A stretch of 21,331 nt of DNA, from positions 1 through 21,331 of the forward strand of contig JBFMCE010000067.1 in NCBI GenBank assembly GCA_040754655.1. Direction: 5' to 3'. This DNA comes from Bdellovibrionota bacterium. GTDB taxonomy: Bacteria > Bdellovibrionota > UBA1018 > UBA923. The translations under genes were made by a program, and so were the position numbers. A model generated the notes under the pieces. That model was not told the origin of the DNA. It saw only the letters and a program-made list of their open reading frames with translations, and ran no database searches. Below, piece by piece: positions 15,301-21,331 of the stretch (its first letter is position 1; each line of letters begins with the position of its first letter).

Positions 15301-16573
15301 CTTTTTGCGAGCGGCATTGAAGGCCAATCGCGCTGGGGTTTCACTTTTGCTTGAGCCGCCACGCGAAGGTGTTTTCTCGACCTGCAATCCAGAAGACTCA
15401 GACTGGTGGATCGCTCGGAAGTTCAATGAATACCGTTCAGAAAATGGTTTGTATAAAAAGTTTTCGAATGGTTGGAAATCTCTGAAAGGTGCATGGAAAG
15501 GGATCGTAGGGGCTATTCCTGGCGGTGATGATGGCAAAGAAGATTATGTGCCTTCTCAAGACCAGTATGATGCGATTTCGGCAGACACCTGCCTTGATGA
15601 CCGTGTTCAGATGTTGCTTGCCAACGAACCTCTGACGACGTTGCTCGCCGAAGTGGGTGAGGAAGTGAGTGGCGGTTTCGCTCAACTCAAACGAAAATCA
15701 ACGCGTTTTGAGGCTGTATTCCATTCGATCAAAGAAGGCATGGTAGGCGCCCAAGAGTGGTCGCACATGTTGTTTTTAGGCACGATGTTGATCGAGTTCC
15801 CGCCGATGCTCAACCAAATGGCGATGTGGTACATGGGGGCAGCAAGCGTGATCGACCTCAGTGTGGATCTGGGGCAGCTCTCTGACTTTGGTTTCACCTA
15901 CGGTGAGGCCAGGAAATTCGCGAACTCCGCCTTCTTGGGCAAGGGCTTGGCTTCTCATGAGAGCACTCAGATGGCGTATGACTCGTTCGCTCAGACCGCG
16001 CAGATCTTGTCTGGACGTCTGGCGATGGATGCCTGGTTTTATTACGGTATCGGGCATGGCATTATCTCGATGGGTCGCATGAACCTGCAGCGGGCAAGGT
16101 ATGCGATGCGAGACTATTTCACGTATCCTGCTTTAGCGGCGCAATCTTTCAGGGTGCTTGAACTTCACCAGAATCCAAATGCGACTAAGGCCGATATCAA
16201 AAAGAAGTACCTGGCGCTTCAAATGGAGATCGCTTCTGAGCGCATGAAGCTCACGGGAACCGCTGGCGAGAACGACAACAACAGGGCGATTCTAGAAGAA
16301 ACCCAGGAGTCTATTGATCACGCCTACTGGTTTCTTACGGGCGAGCGTGTCGGGAAATTTCCTGAGGTGAAGCAGTTTTATTCGCGAGTGATGCGATCGC
16401 GAAAGCGCATTGAAAAAGCGCTCGTGAAGATTGGGGCGGTCGAAAGATCTCGCCAGGGAAAACCCCTAGCGGAACAAGACGGGAAAGCGCCCACTGATAC
16501 AACAGATTCTGTTGATCGTCCAAATGGCGCTGATCCAAAAGACCCGAACTCAGAAACTACCGGCGAAGAGTAA
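12329..16573 (+). CDS. Giant exported hypothetical protein with a hydrophobic helix cluster and C-terminal J-like domain lacking HPD
   Basis: Start probably GTG 12329 (GAGGT 7 nt upstream; the track gives 12320), about 1414 aa. Signal MKIRTARLKKLKQSLGWMALSLALVLSSSHEVRA/L. Hydrophobic helices at 15761-16075 and a J-domain-like segment at 16148-16342. Confidence 0.88.
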   Translation: MKIRTARLKKLKQSLGWMALSLALVLSSSHEVRALETQARPLLDVAVKSSVAAREKVVDFRAKLEIFQNKNAEVSLATLRMAAQDALAAMLKYRSDLESAGNAIQPDDDSFPTLYNFVQFYYGFMDPFYVAAPTRFGPDLGVYLESLPEILAFDARNSALASAILKFQSQEAVSRRRDGAEGSADPVESAEDANALRPHDVRFEVMVTSGGASRLMLNPRELRLLANKALMAFPDEELALKRLTVKAFELLFSEQATMESYLYSDEKDDSVLQSRMSPWLFSLQQDLRSFKKESAYRGFFKQTALKPVLDAVEARVRNPDFQERFYKFIGDLWNAYFDQIISRPIFGKAGSKSEQTPLLTPEKLVGAFVEYEKTFRTSANPFDNLFWISFGLNNDYLTRLRPAQVSSFIVENVRVAEIDILRSFIQKYMLDLSRDCKENCLLPEQEDEINNRIVGFVNSVFNEKSIPDTVVHEFNRHLTDFDTVVSFRRYKLADIFIRAVRWFQDAERKLQLSEGLREIPLKGVVGNGGQKVQLIDASPDPALVMLALEEEPKPSAHMPMPPTEDSKALAPVAVPPLVVQMVQHRVSLIKEATANCSALDQLVMMNPELQPQQARAYAGLNQSMQDSVQLITGAPKGVEELVASARAMAQADGGVIGYLRDLDSRMAVNQAFRWNAFSLRIEKMHERANSEKETRERRVPRDARLVLKNYKLAAKVLRDAGLSNLEEKLENAFRALLADEPSGAEPLLEELEKIKKYVEKRDDFLIAMLVPDEKRDAYLRRLLSKNPAVYRRYISNNMHVLKNQLPGLFMTIDLPNDVKRETGNPKPVRFFDLIARVIGDACDETKSTNAHCENPGALKSALGGTKSRMAWAMQDLEKQVRGSDPFYDGEKPIEALNIQEDARFQRSNLYAFNPKTVVSGGVAGTSGTPGPHMGFILGFLQGSVPKNQAPSEDGFWPQAFKYRDIYPAIADTKADDELKLKRITVASLIGPFLRAALKANRAGVSLLLEPPREGVFSTCNPEDSDWWIARKFNEYRSENGLYKKFSNGWKSLKGAWKGIVGAIPGGDDGKEDYVPSQDQYDAISADTCLDDRVQMLLANEPLTTLLAEVGEEVSGGFAQLKRKSTRFEAVFHSIKEGMVGAQEWSHMLFLGTMLIEFPPMLNQMAMWYMGAASVIDLSVDLGQLSDFGFTYGEARKFANSAFLGKGLASHESTQMAYDSFAQTAQILSGRLAMDAWFYYGIGHGIISMGRMNLQRARYAMRDYFTYPALAAQSFRVLELHQNPNATKADIKKKYLALQMEIASERMKLTGTAGENDNNRAILEETQESIDHAYWFLTGERVGKFPEVKQFYSRVMRSRKRIEKALVKIGAVERSRQGKPLAEQDGKAPTDTTDSVDRPNGADPKDPNSETTGEE

Positions 16574-16732
16574 TCAACTCTAGCGATTGAGCTTGTCGAT
16601 TCAGAGCTTCGCGAGGGTTTGCCTCTTGTGGCTCATATTGTTTCGAGCCTGCAGGGCCATTGTGCGCGTGAAAAGACTTGTTACAGGGGCCATGTAAGAA
16701 TTACAGGTTTACAACTTCCGCGGGCTATAAGT

Positions 16733-16761
16733 TTGACATGGTTAACGCATGGTGCTACGCG
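16733..16761 (+). promoter_or_regulatory. Possible sigma70 promoter
   Basis: Perfect TTGACA (16733-16738), 17 nt, then a weak -10 TACGCG preceded by TGn (extended -10-like). Confidence 0.35.
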
Positions 16762-16842
16762 TACGTTCTTTACGGCTTTTGCATCAAAAGGTCGGATTGT
16801 CTTCATTTTAAGTCATCTGTGTAGAGAGTGGAAGTTTCTAGT

Positions 16843-19800
16843 ATGCGAAAAACGGCCCGCCCCCGTCTTGTTCAGTTTGTCCTGTTTTGGGTTATAATTC
16901 TTCAATTATCGATTGGTAGCGTCGTTCCAGTTCTAGCTGCGGATTTCAAAGACCCTGGGTCAGGTTCGTCAGATCATCTGACTAAAGAAATTCAAGAACT
17001 CTCTAAAGAACTTGAAGTTGAAGAGCAGGCAAGCCCCGAAATAAGCGAAGAAAAGGCCAGGCAAGATGCAGAGTCGCTTCACCAACGGCTCGCGGGCTCG
17101 AAAACACATGTCCGAAATCGACTGGATACTTTCGGTCTGCTAGATCTTGATTTAATCGAACATACGCATAAAACGGTTCGTGTTGATGGGCTCCAACTGC
17201 GTTGGTCTGAGCAGGCAGTTGCTTCAGAACAGTCGGTATCGCAGAAACGCACTGGGGTTTCGCAGTTTAAACCGGTTTTCGATCTCTTCTCTAATGAGCC
17301 CAGGCATTTTGAAGTTGTTTACCAGGGGCAGACGATCTTTAGAAGTGCCGTAACCGCCCAAGCCGCGGTCTTGAATAAGGGCTACCTGGTCTTTATCGAG
17401 CCGGGGAGTTTTAGTGAGGGCGTTCAACATCTTTCGTTTATCGACCTTAAGTTTTATGAAGCCATTCTCGCTCAACAGACCCCGCCTATTTTTACGGCGC
17501 CCATTGCAACCGAAAGTGCTTCAACTGGTCTTAGAGCAACAAATGATGGAATCATCTTTGAAAATCAAGCAGGTGGTTCTGGAAGGGTTCCTTTCGAGGT
17601 CTTAGAGGGCTATTCAAACGCCCATAAGCTTGCCATGGATGTGACGGCAAACATTCTTGACCCCAAGTCTTATGAATCGATGCAGCCAGCGGTTGAAGAA
17701 ATGGAAAGGTACTTAAAGAAAGCTGCAAATATTGAACTCATGGACGGTATAAGGCAGTTTGAGCGGACTCAAGAGTTTTATGCAGATATGCATAAAAGCC
17801 TCCAAAATAGGTATAATACTACGGTACCGAAAGTGAAGAATCTTGCCGCTCTTGGAGAAAAGAATCCGCACGAACCTGGATCAGATCAATGGACCGTCGA
17901 GAACCAAAATAAGCTACAAAGTTATGAGTTTTTCCTCAAAGGCGATTCCAGGCTCGCCGAAAGCACACGTTCGCTTCAGGCCTCGCTCTTAGCTCAACGG
18001 AAACTAGGGGCTCGTCTCCATCTCATTTGGCAGCGCCTTAGTTTGCCCCAGCCTTATGAGGCTCCGATGCGTATTCGTGAGGCTCTGGCCATGGTAGCGG
18101 CAGGTCTTAGCAAGGGAGCGGCAGGAGACGCGGGTTCAGTTCGCGAAGGCGTTCTTCAACTCGTAAACAATCCTTACGTCAAGTGGGGTGCAGGAGTAGC
18201 TGCTGCGGGAACGCTTGGGGCGCTCTACCCCGAGGTGTTTAGTCATTTTGTTTATGAGACTTTAGACATGGCCAATGTCGGTTTGAGGACGATGTTGGGA
18301 AAAACGCGAGATGTTTTCGGACTTCTCGGCGAAGCCACGACCACAACGTTGTCGGGGTTTTATAAGCCAGCGCTTTTTTATCAGACGTATCTTTCTGATG
18401 GAAAATACCTTAAGTTTGCCGCCGGACTTGCAGGGTTCTTAGCGACAGGACTTGCGATCGTTGCGACTCCGGTTTTTACCGTGAGTGCATGGAAGTTAGT
18501 GAGAGATTTGAAGGTTAGCATGACGTCAAGCCCTGGGCCTGGTCAAGGTGTCTTGGGGCAGGCGGAGGGCGCATCCCTTAGCTTTCTTGAAAGGTTGGTA
18601 GCTTCCTTTGTTGAACGGCAGAGGACTCAGCTCACTGCTTATTTAAAAGGCCAAAGAGTTGCATTTGAAAAAATGGCTGAGCACCATGGCCAAGCCGAAA
18701 AGCATGTTTTTACTACCAAGGACGACCAGTATGTCGAGCGTCGTCTAAGATGGATCGAGCAGAAAAACTCGCTCTTCTTTAAGAGCATGTTTGGAAGGGT
18801 AGATGCTTGGGGCCTTTTTCGAAAGGTACAAGAAAGAGGTGCGGGTTCGAGTGCGGAGGGTGAGGGTTCGGGCACTGAATCAAAGCAAGTGCTTATGGGC
18901 CACGATGCACATCCTCAGATCGACGTTGAGAGGGTGGCGGCTGAAAAGCAAATCTATAATTTTAAAACAGCGCTCGTAAGTTTTCTAGCAAGCTATGCCT
19001 CATTGACCGATGCGTTCGGTAGTATCGTTCATTCTTGGAACGGGTTTACGATTTTCAGACGAGTCTTTTGGAGCCCAAGTCTTTGGGTCATTCAGACCAT
19101 CTATCCAAACTTTACCAATGTCGCGCTCGGAGACGGGTCACAGCATCAGCTCATTCCCCCATCTAAGGCCAACGGCGGATTACTCAACACCCTTGAGGTT
19201 TCAGTAAGGCTTGCAAAGTTTCTGGGATTTAGTTCAGACCTCGAGGCGGTTCACGCCTGGGAGTCAAAGATATTGCCGGTTGAGCAAGCAATTAGCGCTG
19301 TCGCGATTCGAGAGGCCTATTCGGCATTGGTGAGATTTACAGCCGAAGACGGGTCGGCAGAAGACTTGGCGAAACTTATAAAGTTGGGGGCCCCTCAGCA
19401 TTTGACCGATAAACGGCTTACAGATAAGAAAATCCAAAAGCTGGTTTCAAAGCAACGAAGTTTTTTCAGGTATTTGGTAGATCAACTGAGTAGCCGAGCG
19501 TTGCAAAGGTACTTGGTTGAACTGACTCAAAAGGTTGGTAGAGATCAACCTGCAGATGCAACGATTTCAGAGTTGAAGAAGATCACTTTGGATCAAGCCA
19601 ATGCACTTACAATTGATTCTAGCGAGGCTGAGCGACTCGTTTCAGAAGAGCTCAAGAGTGGTGAAGCCTATTCTCGGGCTAAACGAATCGTTGAGAGTTG
19701 GCATCCCTCGGCAATCTATCAACGTGCGGAAACGAACTTGCGCCATCGCTCTTTAGGCATCGTAGATCCGAAATACAACCCCACTATGGGCCGAATTCAG

Positions 19801-20748
19801 GTGGTGCTCGAGATGTTGCAGAAACCGGAGTCACTTCCACGGGCCGTGCGTTCTACCCTTTCAGGGCTCTTGATGGAAAAAACGATCGGGCTTGGAATGG
19901 CTCTGTTTGCTTTAGCCGGCATTCAGGGCGGCGTGATGCAGCCCTTTTATCCGGATGCAATGTTTGGTCCCGATAGCTATTTTTATATGGGAAGAATGCC
20001 CTTTGTGAACGGGCTTCTGATGGGGCTCGTGGTGGGGGTCTTCGCAAATGTTTGGGTGAAATTACAGGTTGACTCTCAACACAGCGATCATTTCGGTGAA
20101 GTGCCTGAAGGAGCGCAAAAAAAGTGGAGCTACGCACGCTGGTTTGGTCACCAGACGTTTAAAAACCCTAATAATACCTTCTGGGGAAATCAGAAAAGTT
20201 ACTGGAAGATCATCTGGGGAAATATGAAGCCAGCATTTGTGTTGATGCTGTTTCAAGGCTTGTTGTCATTGGGAAGATTTGACCTCGATGGGTACGTCGT
20301 TGGCTACTTGATCGCTTATCTCAATCCGCTGAATGGGTTCAATCAAAAGGTCGAACAGGGCAATGAATTTGCTTCTTTTTATCATCTCAAGGATATCCCT
20401 AAGAAGTATCGAAGCCATCCGCGAGTACAGCAATATATTGCTCGAAAGCAACAGTCGTTGAGATTTTATTTCGCGATCTGGGAGAAGTTCTTTGTCGATC
20501 TTCAGGGGGCCATCATTGGCAATTTCGCAAGAATGGCGAGTGTGACTTACGGTGGTACCGAAGCGCTTTCGAGAATCTTGTTTGGAATGACGCCGACGGT
20601 GGGTGCTCGAATGGGTCTTGAATGGGCTCGTGAAAACATTGGTTTTGTGCCGGGCGTAAACTTTCTCACGAAGGCATGCGATAAACTTCTGACAAACAAT
20701 TATAATTTTTCCAATACAGTTCCCCCACCTAAGGGGAAACAGGATTGA
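16843..20748 (+). CDS. Giant signal-peptide-bearing, multi-hydrophobic-segment protein of unknown function
   Basis: Start ATG 16843 (or GTG 16828), about 1301 aa. Leader MRKTARPRLVQFVLFWVIILQLSIGSVVPVLAA, a beta-rich N-terminal region, then helical regions. Hydrophobic segments include WGAGVAAAGTLGALY, FAAGLAGFLATGLAIVATPVFTV, IGLGMALFALAGIQGG, GLLMGLVVGVFANVW, AFVLMLFQGLLSLG and YVVGYLIAYL. Confidence 0.88.
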   Translation: MRKTARPRLVQFVLFWVIILQLSIGSVVPVLAADFKDPGSGSSDHLTKEIQELSKELEVEEQASPEISEEKARQDAESLHQRLAGSKTHVRNRLDTFGLLDLDLIEHTHKTVRVDGLQLRWSEQAVASEQSVSQKRTGVSQFKPVFDLFSNEPRHFEVVYQGQTIFRSAVTAQAAVLNKGYLVFIEPGSFSEGVQHLSFIDLKFYEAILAQQTPPIFTAPIATESASTGLRATNDGIIFENQAGGSGRVPFEVLEGYSNAHKLAMDVTANILDPKSYESMQPAVEEMERYLKKAANIELMDGIRQFERTQEFYADMHKSLQNRYNTTVPKVKNLAALGEKNPHEPGSDQWTVENQNKLQSYEFFLKGDSRLAESTRSLQASLLAQRKLGARLHLIWQRLSLPQPYEAPMRIREALAMVAAGLSKGAAGDAGSVREGVLQLVNNPYVKWGAGVAAAGTLGALYPEVFSHFVYETLDMANVGLRTMLGKTRDVFGLLGEATTTTLSGFYKPALFYQTYLSDGKYLKFAAGLAGFLATGLAIVATPVFTVSAWKLVRDLKVSMTSSPGPGQGVLGQAEGASLSFLERLVASFVERQRTQLTAYLKGQRVAFEKMAEHHGQAEKHVFTTKDDQYVERRLRWIEQKNSLFFKSMFGRVDAWGLFRKVQERGAGSSAEGEGSGTESKQVLMGHDAHPQIDVERVAAEKQIYNFKTALVSFLASYASLTDAFGSIVHSWNGFTIFRRVFWSPSLWVIQTIYPNFTNVALGDGSQHQLIPPSKANGGLLNTLEVSVRLAKFLGFSSDLEAVHAWESKILPVEQAISAVAIREAYSALVRFTAEDGSAEDLAKLIKLGAPQHLTDKRLTDKKIQKLVSKQRSFFRYLVDQLSSRALQRYLVELTQKVGRDQPADATISELKKITLDQANALTIDSSEAERLVSEELKSGEAYSRAKRIVESWHPSAIYQRAETNLRHRSLGIVDPKYNPTMGRIQVVLEMLQKPESLPRAVRSTLSGLLMEKTIGLGMALFALAGIQGGVMQPFYPDAMFGPDSYFYMGRMPFVNGLLMGLVVGVFANVWVKLQVDSQHSDHFGEVPEGAQKKWSYARWFGHQTFKNPNNTFWGNQKSYWKIIWGNMKPAFVLMLFQGLLSLGRFDLDGYVVGYLIAYLNPLNGFNQKVEQGNEFASFYHLKDIPKKYRSHPRVQQYIARKQQSLRFYFAIWEKFFVDLQGAIIGNFARMASVTYGGTEALSRILFGMTPTVGARMGLEWARENIGFVPGVNFLTKACDKLLTNNYNFSNTVPPPKGKQD

Positions 20749-20823
20749 TGCCTTACAAAGTGGATTCGAGGCGCACTGAGGCCCACAATAAATAAAGAGA
20801 CCTTGAAGCGAATCAAGAGTGCA

Positions 20824-21063
20824 TCAATGAATCGTTGGCTTTTGCTCTTCCTGTGGGTTGAGTTGTTCGCCGCCCTCACGATCTGAGTAAGAACTGATAT
20901 CGAATGCCTTATTGATCATGCATTGGCGGCTCAAGGCTGTTCCGAAGAACATGGCGCTTAAAAGCAGCCACACCGGATTGCGGTGGGCAACTGCTAGAGC
21001 AAGTGTTCCTGCGCCAATCACGCCGCGTACGGCCGCTTCATAATTTCCAACGTTCTTTTGCAT
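20824..21063 (-). CDS. YgaP-like / DUF2892 family small membrane protein
   Basis: 79 aa. MQKNVGxxExxxRxxxG start, two short hydrophobic helices and a C-x-x-x-x-x-F-x-I-S-S end, typical of DUF2892. RBS GGAGGAA at 21077-21071. Confidence 0.8.
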   Translation of the reverse strand: MQKNVGNYEAAVRGVIGAGTLALAVAHRNPVWLLLSAMFFGTALSRQCMINKAFDISSYSDREGGEQLNPQEEQKPTIH

Positions 21064-21331
21064 CTCGGCTTTCCTCCATCGAAGGGGCGATTAACCCTGC
21101 TAAAAGGTTTCTGCGTCATTTTCTTTTTTATAGAGGGTTTCGAATGCACAGGACGGGCCATGGCGTTTAGAGCCAACTTGTTAAAAAAGGATGAACTGAA
21201 AATGCAGACTCTGCCTCGCTCAAAGCGGGCAGGGCGAAGCGTCTCCTCAATCCAAAAACGCAGAAAGCGATATAGGAGTCGAAAAGTCGTAGATAGTTTT
21301 AAAAAAAAACCGCCTGTTTTTCTTTTGCAAA

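Noticed and set aside
16619..16897. 92-aa + strand ORF
   Set aside because: Spans the apparent promoter region, overlaps the next gene in another frame and has no protein-like features.
2494..20748. Prophage, tape-measure or known secretion-system interpretation of the giant genes
   Set aside because: No recognisable capsid, tail, terminase, integrase, secretion ATPase or secretin motifs, and all products carry export leaders.
21064..21331. AT-rich terminal region with a 9-bp inverted pair (TTTCTGCGT 21108-21116 / ACGCAGAAA 21258-21266)
   Set aside because: Too short and isolated to support an ncRNA, riboswitch or MITE. Likely ordinary promoter DNA.

Overview
Bacterial genomic window with no rRNA, tRNA, CRISPR array or mobile element that I can support. 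The left end holds the 3' part of a hypothetical gene. Facing it is a minus-strand putative lipoprotein with a VWA/MIDAS domain, a long Pro/Ser linker and an FN3-like C-terminus. The core (2494-20748, about 18 kb) is seven co-oriented + strand genes, each with an N-terminal export signal and none with a recognisable enzyme or transporter family. Three are giant proteins (1275-1414 aa) with internal hydrophobic helix clusters. Two are diverged tandem paralogs translationally coupled to the first giant gene. One is an apparently highly expressed Ala/Glu/Lys-rich protein with its own promoter and double terminator, and one has Thr/Ala/Lys repeats. One giant protein ends in a DnaJ-like J-domain whose HPD motif is replaced by ASE. 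A small YgaP/DUF2892-type membrane protein closes the window on the minus strand. The gene style reminds me of Bdellovibrionota or related predatory lineages, but this is inference only. The best candidate for an undescribed system is the seven-gene exported, membrane-interacting cluster.
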